Shown here in pieces: positions 47,852 to 59,685 of a stretch of 64,000 nucleotides of DNA. Position numbers and translations under genes: made by a program. The stretch's first letter is position 1. Every line of letters begins with the position of its first letter. The notes beneath the pieces are model-generated. The model made no database searches. It was not told the DNA's origin and saw only the letters and a list, made by a program, of their open reading frames with translations. The DNA lies in the NCBI GenBank assembly GCA_002189035.1, contig NEEC01000007.1:124001-188000 (forward strand), read 5' to 3'. Origin of the DNA: Utricularia gibba. Its lineage: Eukaryota; Plantae; Magnoliophyta.

Positions 47852-48756
47852 ATGTGGAGGCTGATTCAAGGTTCCGACGAGGAACAACAAGATGACTTGC
47901 TTGAAGGAACCGACGGATTTTGTTCTCTGTCTCCGTTGCAGGTAAATATCCCGTGTTTTGCTGGAAATCCACTGCAGCAATTTGATATCCCCTTGTTGTT
48001 GGTTGGTTGGGCAGAGGATATATGGGTTTGCAGCATGTTTTCTCGCCGGAGATGTTTTGATGTTGCTGGTATGCCTGATTAACTGCTGAAATCACCCTCA
48101 TTTTCTTGCGATCGCATTTTTTATTGAAGATCTCACCTTTGGTGCAGTCACTGATTGTTTTTGCAAAGCCCATCAAATTTGCGTTGCTGTTTACTTTTGG
48201 CAATGTTCTCGCTGTTGGAAGGTACGCTCCTTCCTCCTCCTGCGACTTTGATTCCCAACGGAAAACCTTCAAACCCAGTTTTTTCGGATTGTCCGTCTCT
48301 TCCGTCGGCTTCTAACCTTTCTGAATATGATTCTCTGTCCGGCAGTGCAGGTTTCTTGATTGGCCCAGGGCAATTGATGAGACTGATGGTTGATCCCGGG
48401 CGGGTCTATGCCACTGCTATCTACGTTGGATGCGTCGTTTTCGCTCTTGTTTCTGCTCTTTTGGTAAATTCGTTCGCAGAGATTTGGCTTCCGGTTTCCT
48501 GATGCAGTGAATCCTTTCTAACACTTGTTTCACTGAGTATGTTGCAGATACACAGTAAACTGCTAACTCTAATCGCAGTCATATGTGAAATCTGCGCCCT
48601 CATCTGGTTAGTGCCTTTTTGCTCCCTACTCAGCAATCTCATTGCACTTGCTTTACATCATTTTTGTGCCACCGCAGGTACTGCTTGAGCTACATTCCCT
48701 TCGCTCGTCGAATGGTCTCTGATCTTACGGTCCGTCTATTCGACACTGAGATCTAA
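47852..48756 (+). CDS. SFT2/Got1-like vesicle transport protein, 6 exons
   Basis: MWRLIQG...CSLSPLQ|RIYGFAACFLAG|SLIVFAKPIKFALLFTFGNVLAVG|...|WYCLSYIPFARRMVSDL; all junctions GT-AG and in frame. Confidence 0.92.
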
Positions 48757-49148
48757 ATCCGCAAACTGCCATAGTTTCTGTTGGTGTCATGTACTGCACT
48801 GCAGCACAAGTTTTGGAAAAGAGGAACAGCCCTGAGTCTTGATTCCTTTTCTCAGCTCTCTCTTGGCCATGGTCTTTTTCTTGCTTGCTGCTACTATCTG
48901 CCTCCAAGTCGTATCCTGTATGTTTCAGTCAGCACTTTACTGTCTCAAGATTGGATGAACAGAACCAAAGGTACATGTTACTACTACTTATTTCATTATA
49001 CTACAATATGTACAGCTCCAGAGAGCAAGCCAAATCTACAGCACATGAAAGTAAGCTTAAGTTCTTGGCCGCTGCCATTATTGAGCAGATCCTACTGCAG
49101 GAGTACCTCCTGTAAAGGACCTGTAAAAGACAGCGTTCTCCTGCTCAC

Positions 49149-51034
49149 TCACTGCTTGATCAAAGATCCCATTTCTTCTGTCTTCGCGAATCTCCCTCGA
49201 ATCCGAGGCTGACTATCAGCTATAGCCTTCCTGCAGGCGTACTGGAACACACAAAAGAACTTCAGGGATGAGCTTTGGTTAGCTAAAACCACATGATGAA
49301 GTTGCTTGCAGTGAGTATAAAATCCACCTTGATCTTGCGTCCGAAGTTTCTCCTGGACTTCTTGATGCGATATCGAGACAGCTTCTCCCTGCGTTCTTCG
49401 GAGGTGATGGTAACCATGTTCAAGGTGTGAGATTGCTGCCCCAGCTGAAGATGGAGGCAGTTTGTGTTATTAGCAAGGGTCTGCCATAAAAACACACAAG
49501 AGTCAATTAAGTCTTCCCTACTACCCATCCTGTCCAAGAGGGCAGGAACATGTCTTGGAAACATTCTACACCTCATAGTCACCTCCACCTTGTGAAGGAT
49601 TCTTGTAGAGGGAAAAGGGAGTATGTGAAACCAGACCTTTATGTCTCCTTCACTGAAAGCCCTTCGCATCCCAGTTGCAGCTCCGAAGTCCATCTCTTGA
49701 AAATCGAGGAATTTCGGCCTCACAGAAGACTGGTTAACGTTGTCCATGGAGTGGAGACAACTGGAGCTGACACTCTTCAGGAATGAACCTTCAGCACTCA
49801 GCTTTTCACCGTTGATCATATTCTGTTCCTCCATCTTGTCATCTGGAAGTTTGATACACAAGACCTCTGATAGTGGAGTCTCATTCCCTTCCTTTGCTAA
49901 AAGATCCTTTCTACACTCATAGAACACTTCACTGAGTATCTCCCCACTTTTGATAGAGGATTCGATATCTGCGACATTCAGTGACTGGGGAGGTATCACA
50001 GCTTCCCCACAGGATATCATCGACATGGCCGCTGTGACTGGATCTACTCCCATTACTGTTTCTTCGATAATCGGCTCGGGGGCCTTGAACAAGTCCCCTT
50101 CTCCCCATATCCTGTAACCAGATATTGAAATTCCCTGCATTCAGAGATTAAGATGGAGGTGATATTCAAGTGGGAAGCCAAAAACAGAGCATATTCAGGA
50201 TGGAAAAAACTCAGGGCTGGGGCAGTAAATTGAAATGGACTTGCTCCCTTGACACACCACGGTAAGGAATCATTTATTATTGTAAAAAGGAATGAGAATC
50301 AAACAAGTTACTGCAGGATAATGACAGTGATAAGAATATAGCCCAAGATAATACAAATCCCCTCTTGTTTCCATCTAAAAGAAGTGGATAGAGTATACCA
50401 AGATAACTCATCCATCTGCTTTATGTTTTGACAAAGCATCCTCAAGTCTACAACAGTTATTTGTGTTATTTGAGAGAAACAGACAAGAGCTAGGCAAAAC
50501 CATATTTGGTTTTAAATAGAACGAAGCACAGTAACGGAAGGCCTAAAGGCAAAATGAAGTTTAAAGTGGCAAAAAAAAAAAAAAGAACTAAGAATTTATG
50601 ATGAAAGCTGTGAAAGAAAAGAAGCTTTTTTTTTTTTTTTTGCGAAGTTGTTTCTCTTGGCAAGCGTGATGAGAAAGTTGAATCACCAACCGCGGAGAAA
50701 GAATAAAAGCTTTCGCAAAGAGGAACAAGGGATGCAAGAATCAAGCGAATGAAGAACACGAAAATGATGATGATTGTGATAGTTTCTAGTGGTTTCCGTA
50801 TATGCTTCTTTCCATAATGGAAATCTGGAAAAGGAATCAGTTTTCGAGCACAAGATCGAAGCAAAAAGATTTTTTAGATGAAAAAACAAGCAAACGAACT
50901 CAAAGCACATGAAAAACCCAGAACCATAATCAAGTAACTGAAGGTAATACCGTGGAATCAGTGGCTTTCTGGGAGCATCCAAACTCATCACACTGCTGAA
51001 CTTCTTGGTGTAAACATGGGAAGTAGGACAACAT
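49149..51034 (-). CDS. CCT-motif family protein (CMF type), at least 4 exons
   Basis: Exon 1 MLSYFPCLHQEVQQCDEFGCSQK (51034-50951); GEGDLFKAPEPIIEE; MRRAFSEGDIK; CCT motif EERREKLSRYRIKKSRRNFGRKIK|YACRKAIADSQPRIRGRFAK. Confidence 0.88.
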
Positions 51035-52454
51035 TATTTCGAATCAAAGCAAACCCCTTCTCTTGCCACAGAGAAGAGAATTGGATGTCAACCCTAACTG
51101 AACGCAGACGATCTTCAACTGAAGGAGAAGGGCCTCGCCTTACGAGCGTGAGGTACAGTTTGGAAAAAAAACCCCAAAAAAGATAAAAACAAGGGATGGA
51201 CTGCGGAGGAGGAGACAAAGACACAGCCGCATTCAAGAGGTTAAAAAAGGAATCTCAAGAATATGGAATTTTCATGGAAACTTCTCCTAAACAAACAACC
51301 TATGAGTGAGCACCCCCGCTCCCCACACCTGTCTTGGATGAACCAGCGAGTTCAAGCACCCACCCGTTGACTGAACCCTGCCCAAAACCACGACTTTGGG
51401 GTAGATTTGGATCTGGTGCAGCGACAAAAAGTTACAGCCTTTGAAGTAAAAAAAGAAGAAATAACCGTTAGTAACTAACCAAACCAGTTGATCAGCCAAT
51501 CACAAAGTCAGCAGTCGAGTTAATTAAGGGAGATGCAGAGAATTATACCCTTTCTGATAAGTTATTCTATGAATTTGTTTGTCCGATTAGTGAAGGGAAC
51601 AAGCAGAGTCAGTCCAATGGCGACGTAAAGCGTGTCGGCTCTTGCTTTTTTATTAACTGAAGAAAGAATTAGAGCCCCAGTTGTGTTGATGAATATAATT
51701 AATTCATTCTCCTTGGAGCAGCAAAAGAGACAAAATGTGTGACCTGCATTATCACAAGATGAAATAATAATAGTTAGTACTCCTTGACGGACTCCACTGG
51801 GTGTCCTTCCTCCGCTGTGAACCATGTGCAATAATGGGGTGCATACAAAGATCTGAGCCTGGCACGGGCAGGGAGGAGCAGCTCCTTCCAAATCCTGTCC
51901 TCTCACCTCTCAATTATTTGCAAGAGAGTGGACACCATCCCATAAAAGAAGACACACCCATTGCTCTGGCGTGCGTATATCACGTGCCCCCTCCTCCCTA
52001 CCTACTGAGGGAGGATCCCACTCCAATCTCCATTAATAATATTAACAGCTCGCAACTTCTGAGGGATGGTGAAAATGACAAATGCTTGTTTTGGGGCTGG
52101 GAAAGTGATAAAGTTCCGAGTTGGTGGTGGACGACCCCCTTTCTTTTCTGGCCACATGATATTTTATTGTACGGTCACTGTCATTCTCCTCTGGCCTTTT
52201 GGTGGTGGAGGCCCCTTGCGTTTGGTTAAACTCAACGCATCCAAAGAGGCTCGCTCTCCTACTCTGGTAGCCATCACACCCATTAATCCTGCTTTATTTC
52301 TTGTAGGAGTACCTATCTGTGGATGGGTATCCATGCCTCATTAGTAGCCATCATCGGAGCGGGTAACCATTTGTATCTGACCGAGCACCTGATTTCACCC
52401 ATAATATAATATCCCATAAATTAAATAGTCAACTACCAAACTCTGCAACCCCAT

Positions 52455-53740
52455 TCATGGGTGGTTGATTTTTGCTCTTGAGAAGTCCATCTCCGGGTGC
52501 TGCAGAGAGGCAGAGCATTCGTTTGTTTACAAGAGTAAGTGAGGGGAGTTGGTGTAGTATGTTTTACCTCAGCCATCAACTGACTTCTTTCAATGTATCC
52601 CGTTTCTGCATCTCATCGCTAGTTGGGAGACCCATCTGCTTTTGCTGCTGGCCGAACGGAGAAAGATAACCAGAAAACACAGCAACGGGTAGGTAATTCA
52701 TTAGAATAACAAGTAAAAAAAGACAATTTTTGAATCAGGAGGGCTCACCATCATTTTTTCAAGAGTAGAACGTGTTTCTGGATCAAGATCGGACAGTTTA
52801 GTATTTTCAGGTTCCACCTTTTGAGTGTCGATCTCTGGGTGTTCACCCTTCAACAGATATACTTCCACCATTCCATTAGGATGTGTTGAGTGAGGAGCAT
52901 CGAAACAGACGATCCTCTGCTAGAAAGTTGTGTTAACCATGTGTTTGTTCAAAACTTGAAGAAGACAGAGAAAAGAAACATGCATGCATTACCTAAGCTC
53001 CAAAAGGAGTCATCTACCTTGACTCATAAAGATCTCCCTGTGAATACAAACTTACACGTTGTGAGAACCCATAATCAAGCTTCATGATATTGCTGCAAAA
53101 TAGGTGCATCACATACATCAATAATTGGGGGCTGGCACTTGAGCCCAACTCTGACATGGTTCTTCATTATTTCACATACGTTAAATCTGGGCTTTGCCGG
53201 TAGATACAGGAACAGAAGTGGCCATCTCCCGTAGAGATTGAACACAAGAATAGTCGTCCATAAATCACTACCAAAAAACAAGGAAAAAAGCCCTAGGTTC
53301 ACCTTGAATTTTAAAAATAGAATCACCAATCTACACAAGTAATACACCCACATCACAGCGAACGAGAGAACCAAAGATACAAGTACCTTATACGAAATTC
53401 AAAAAAATATACAATAACAATACATCACAAAGGCCATACATAAAAATATATGCGCCACACATTTGGCATTCAAGATGGAACAAGATTTAAGGTAAATCAC
53501 TTCAGCAATAATTGATGAAAAGGCTACCCTTTGAAAAAGAATGTGAGCCAATACCTTGACGATCCTTCTCGTCCGTCTCCTCCTCCTCCACAGCAACTTG
53601 CGGGCATTCTTCTCCTCCGTCTCCACTCTCTCAAAAATCACCTCGAAAAATCCCAAGGGTTCCGAAGGATCAGAAATGGCGTTAAATTGCGCCTCTGATG
53701 AACACGAAGTCTTCGCCGTGTCTACTTGTTCGAAATCCGA
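52455..53740 (-). pseudogene. BOB: Decayed BOBBER/NudC (CS-domain) chaperone gene
   Basis: Exon relics: SDFEQ..FNAISDPSEPLGFFE; DYSCVQSLRE..VCEIMKNHVRVGLKCQPPIID; EWWK..EIDTQKVEPENTKLSDLDPETRSTLEKMM; FGQQQKQMGLPTSDEMQK; HPEMDFSRAKIN. Several multi-nt frameshifts, no ATG, one acceptor mutated to CCG. Confidence 0.92.
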
Positions 53741-54906
53741 CCAAGAAAATCAAGAGACATCCGAATTGTAACAAGGAAAATTGTGCAACACCCAAAATAA
53801 AGCACCAACACCTGTCGCTCGCGTACGGAAAATCCTGCCCAGATGGGCCGCCCCAACGTACGGAAGCATTTACTGGGCCTATCACACAAAATCCATACGC
53901 AGCCCCGAAGGCTGACTACAAAAGGGCCTCCCCTTATGCCCATATTTCATCTCTCAGCATAAAACCGGCCGGTTCAACAAGCATGAGAAAAATCACAAAG
54001 TGCCTGGCGTCGCGGTAAGGCATTGTTCCATGCTAATTATTCATGTGGGTGTGTGTGTGTACGCATTCTCGTGTCTCAATAAACACCATTTATTAGTCAT
54101 AAGCAAACATCATGTGAAATTTTACATGGACGAGTGGACCGGACGAGGGGAGACAATAAATGCGTTCTTACCCACAGAGAGAGGGGAAGGGGGTAAACAT
54201 TCTAGAATGTCATCAAGTGACACAGCAAGGGCTTAGGGAAAAATACACATGCGCCACTTGCATGTGGACGGACGGACGGGTAGGAAGGAAGGAAGACTGT
54301 TCTGTTGTGTGTACTTGGACACGTTACATGCCCCCATGCGACATAGCGTTACTCTTAGACATAGAATAGGGGGGGGGGGGGGGTGAGTGTTTCGGGGTTT
54401 AGATTTACTTTAAAAAATAGTCAAATATTTTAAAATGATTGAATATGAAAAATAAATTTATAAAATTTCACAATTTAGTTCCTTGTCCATTTTTAAAACA
54501 ATGAATGTTCATCTATTTTCACAATTTATTCCGTATCCATGTTCAAATTTCAACTAGAACAAGACAGCGGGCCAATCAATCCCCATCCATTTAGCTGTAG
54601 GCAGATGAGAAATAACAACATTAAATTTGTTTTGCCACTTTATTATATTATCTGCTTCTGACAATAGTTAGTGGTATGTCCAAATTCAACTATGCGTTCG
54701 ATTCTTTTATGGGTAGGTGGAATTTCCGTAAGGGACCCCAAGGGCATAACTCAAAAGCCTTATGAACGCAATGGGGTGCGGGTTCAGCAGGCAGGCAGGC
54801 AGGCAGGCAGCGCCAAGCTCCCTGCTTCTAACTAAACACATTCAAAATCTTCTGCATCCAGGCCTCCATCCATCCATCCATCTATCTTTGGACTCAGACG
54901 GACGCC

Positions 54907-55961
54907 TCATGTGTTCTGATGCTCCACCTTGATGGAGAAGCTTGGAAACGACAGCGTTATTTCCCTGCAACACGACACGACCATTGTTCAGCACAGAGGG
55001 AGGGTGTGACTGTGGTGGGCGATCGACTTACTTGAGATACGGAAGGTCCATGTTCTTGATCAGGGACGGGTTCTTCGACACGAATTCCTTCCACTCGTCG
55101 AAGTTGATCTGCCGGTTGCCCTTCGCTGCTTGGGAGAAGGTCTGGCAGAGAGCAGGGGGCAATGAGAATGAGTGCTCTTGTTGCTTTTTACCATTAGGAG
55201 GAGAGGAAATATGCCTCACCTTTTCCACGATCAGCTCCACGATGTCCTCTGGGAGTTCCAGCTCCGATTCGTGTAGAAGCGAGAACACCATCTGCTTGAC
55301 TTCACTCCGCTCGATGAAGCCTGAGTTCCTCAGATCATGCAACTTAAACGTGACTGTATCGCAGGGAGCATGTGAGATAACAAGGCCAAGGAACATGTTC
55401 TCCTACAAGTACTCTTTCTTTCTTACATGCGACTTTGCTGTCAAACTGAGCATCTGGGTGGAACACTCCCAGGGAACGCACGAACTCCTCGAAGTCGATG
55501 ACTCCATCGCAGTTGCAGTCGAAGAGGTCGAACAACTACAGGGGCATCACGCAAATTATTCATGGGGGAGAACAAGGTAAGGCTCTGCTGTTGCACAACT
55601 TACCCTGTCAGCGAAGAAGTTTCGTTGGCTTTGCTTCCTGAACATGGCGAGCTGGAATTCATCCTTGTTGATGAGCTCATCCTTTATGATCAAGGAGCTT
55701 ATTTTCTTGAAGAGTTCGTACAGAGCCTCCACTTCCTTCACTGAGACTGCAGAGTATCACAAGTGTCAGGTAAGTGTCGATTATCAAACAAAGCAGCCCC
55801 CTTCCATTTAATGGGAAGATGCATATACATCATCTCGTACAAAGCAAAACAGCATAGTCAAGCATGGTTTGTTTGCACTTACAAGGTGTATCTGACGCGA
55901 TATTCTTCGAATCCTCGCAGCTAGCAACGGGGCGAGATGATTTAGATGCAAAGCAGCCCAT
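54907..55961 (-). CDS. Calcineurin B-like calcium sensor (CBL4/SOS3-related), 6 coding exons
   Basis: MGCFASK lipidation motif; [17 protein letters not shown]; [27 protein letters not shown]; [16 protein letters not shown]; [22 protein letters not shown]|EITLSFPSF. Confidence 0.92.
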
Positions 55962-56484
55962 GAGAAAGAATCCAGGCAACAGGGATGGTGGTGTTCTCAT
56001 GCAAACAGCATCAACTATTTCAATACTGAGATACTGTGAAATGTCAAAGTTGGCGCTTGGACGCTTCGTCAAGCAACTTGACCATGTGATCCAACAGGGG
56101 CAGCTACTCGCTTAGTCAAGAGGCCTGTACGGGTGATAGGCATAGTATTCGAGAAAATCCAACACGTCAATGCTCAGGTACAGATTTTCTCAGCTTATCA
56201 AAACAAAAGCAAAACTAGATATTGCACTCAGTTAGTATCCAAAACAGTGTTCCATGATTCCCGGAATCATACCAACAACCCAGATTTGTTATGGAGAAGA
56301 ATTCGCTTTGTTGAACTTGGGCGAACCTCAAAGGGTATTTGTAGCGATGAATACCTTTGGGTGTAGAAGGGATTTGCGCCATAACACTTTCGATTGCTAA
56401 CTTAGATAAGAATCATCCCCATGTAATCTTTACATCCATTGGAACCACATCATTCTACAGTCTACATTTGTGAAGTAGTCTAGT

Positions 56485-59400
56485 TTACAATGCAACGATG
56501 GAAGGAAGCTCATGCTCGGCCTCCAGTGGCTCCCCTTCTGATGATGTCTGTAGAGAAAAAGCTCGTTTCTTTGTGAACTCAACAGTGCGGAATAGGGTAG
56601 GTGAATCAAGAAAAAGGGTACCTTTTTCTGCTGTGACAAATAGCGCTGGAATGCACCATCACCTCGGAGGATTTTCGCACCACATCCACGTGCATGGGAG
56701 CCGACTGATTCTTCATCAACAATTACGGCATCTATCATGTCGTCCCCTGTTCTTACATCAGGAATCTGCACATGAATAAATCATGTTTCAGTGGAGTTAC
56801 TGGGTCGGAGGGGAAAGGGAGTAGGACCACAGACCTCATACATAGCATCCATCAAAACGTTTTCTAGTATGGCCCGTAGACCACGAGCACCAGTGTTCTT
56901 TGTTATTGCTTTTCGAGCTATCAATCTCAATGCCTCCTCTGTGAAGTGTAACTTCACCTGATATCAATCAACAGAAGGTGTACATTAAACCATGTTGAGA
57001 CACAGCCGCATCCAGTTCACACGGCAAGTACACAATTAGCATAGTCACAAGTTACGGAATGGATCATAAGCTTACTCCATTCATGTGAAACAATTTCTTG
57101 TACTGCTTCCCTAAAGCGTTTTTAGGCTCTGTCAAGACCTGGGAATGAATGTGTGGGATTGTTGCCTTAAGCTTCAAACTAAAGAACAGAAACGAGTAGT
57201 GGTAGCTAATAAGCTGAAGAATGGAAATCCAGATCCATGACCCCACGCATTCAAACCTGAACTAATTGATCTTCTGTGAGTGCTAACAAGTTAACAAGTA
57301 TGGGAAACCGACCAACAAACTCGGGTATTAAACCATACGCAATAAGATCGCTGCTTTCAACCTGAACAAAACAAATAGGTAACACAGGTCAGAAAACTTG
57401 TTCAAAGCATCCTACTGAACAAGGCTTCGCTATTAAGCTTACTGTGTCTAGCAAGGATGACGTCACAGCAGCGCTTGTGACTCCAGCTCCTCTCATGTTT
57501 GCACGTACTGGAGCACCAAAGCCGATAGATGAATCATGGCGCCTGGAATACATTGTTGAATGTATTATTTTCAGGAAAAAAAAACTTATCCTGTATGGCT
57601 GATGGTAAAATCACGACCTTTCAGATATTGTCTTTTCCAAGTCAATGAAAGCACCGCCACAGATGAAGAGAATGTCTTTCGTGTCTATCTGCAAAGATAA
57701 GGGAATGTCAATCTCACTGCTGAAAAAAGACACGCACACAATTACTCATTACTTTACCTGAATATTGTCTCCCCGGGGGTGCTTCCTTGCGCCCTTCTCT
57801 GGAACGTTTACCACCTGCAGCAGAAAAAAAGTTTTTTTTTTTTTAATGAACCCAATCAAGAATGCATACTTTCGGCCTATGAATTATAACTGATTACTCA
57901 CCGTGCCCTCCAGCATTTTAAGTAGAGCTTGCTGAACACCTTCTCCAGAAACATCTCTACTAATGTTCATACTTTCGGCCTATGATTTCACCAGAGAAGA
58001 CGCTTCATGATATGGTATTGACTGGTACAGAAAATTCTGGGTATTCTGTTTATAACACCTTTTTAGTAATCTTGTCAACTTCGTCAATGTACACTATTCC
58101 TTGCTGAGCAGCTTGAACATTATAGTCTGCAACCTGAAATTACAAAGACACATAATCAAACAATGAAACCATTAGATACCTTAATGTACAGTCCGCATCT
58201 ACACAGAAATAATCAAAATAAAAGTTTTCTCAAAAACTAGCATAAAAATCTCACAGCAAGCAGCTTGTATAAAATGGACTCTACATCCTCCCCAACATAA
58301 CCAGCCTGTGAAATTAGAGGCTCTTTATCAGCAGTGAATTAATGGGACGTATTAATCATCTAGTCAGATGATCGTGGAGCGTAAAGCAATTTCATGCACA
58401 AGTTTAAACAGCTTGCCTGGGTCAGCGTAGTTGCATCAGCAATCACAAAAGGAACATTTACCAACCGAGCCAGAGTTTTTGCCAGCAATGTTTTCCCTGT
58501 CCTTAAAATTTTATTGAAAGATCACAATGAAACAATACGTGCTATCCAGAAAGAAAAGCATTTATAATGTAGCTTTGTCATGGCATGCAAAACGAGTAAG
58601 GTACAGGATGCTCAAATTCGGGTAATTTTATGAATTCGCATGCAGAACACATGAATTGAATCACAATCCAGATTTCAAAATAAATATTTTTTTCTCCATG
58701 CGCCACTCCAATTGAACCCCCCCTTGATGATGCCAAACAAATCATATCCATCAACTTCGGGATCTCAGAGTTCTAGCAACTGCACAACACCCTACTCTAG
58801 GGAAAAGAGATTACCTGAGCCAGTTGGTCCCATTAAGAGAATGTTACTTTTCTCAAGTTCCACATGCTCATCCTCTGTGGTCCCATTTTTCAAGTCATCT
58901 GTACTTCCTGCAGACCTAACTTTCACATACAACAACTAACATCATAACCCATTTTGTTGTAAACATGAAAGCCAGCAACTATTGGAGATTCCACAAAGCT
59001 AGGGAAAACAAGCAATCACCCTGACAACGAATCGCTATATATCCTTTTATAATGATTGTAAACAGCAACAGAAAGAACCTGCGAGCCATTAAGGAAACAT
59101 GATCAAATCCGGCATGCCAAAAAAACTAACCTTCCCCCTCTTGGCCTTGGCCACTAAAAAACATACCTTTTTAGCTCTCTCTTGCCCTATTACATGTTTA
59201 TCGAGTCCTTTACATATCTCCTTTGGTGTTGGAAAATTCATCCCAAGATTAGAGCCACCCCAGCCCCCATCCTTCCTCCCTCCTCCGTATCCGCCCGATG
59301 AACCAGAAGTATCATTCTCAGCTACCTGAATAATCTTTATCCCAGGTCTCAGAATAATTCCATCAACTCCACCCCCAGAGAGGTGCCAAACCTCTGGCGG

Positions 59401-59685
59401 ATCACCCTGAGAGCTGTAACACACAACTCTCGTATTACTGCTCAACAATTTAAAGAATCTCTTAGCGCTGCCACCATACTCGCCATAGACGGAGGAGGGC
59501 TTGAATGGAGTAAAATAACCCGGTGTGCCAGAACTTGGAGATATGGCATGATGATTGTGATCAAACACGGATCTCGATCGTCTTACCCGACCGACGCGCG
59601 TGCAGTTCTGCAGAAAGCATCTGAACTGTGAGGCAGCACCCGAGGCTACGTGTAGGGATGAATTAGACCTCAGAAATGCGGCCAT
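56485..59685 (-). CDS. CLPX: Mitochondrial ClpX AAA+ unfoldase, about 14 exons
   Basis: Presequence-like N-terminus; [23 protein letters not shown]; [19 protein letters not shown]; ADATTLTQ|[12 protein letters not shown]; DEVDKI; [18 protein letters not shown]; [10 protein letters not shown]. Confidence 0.95.
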
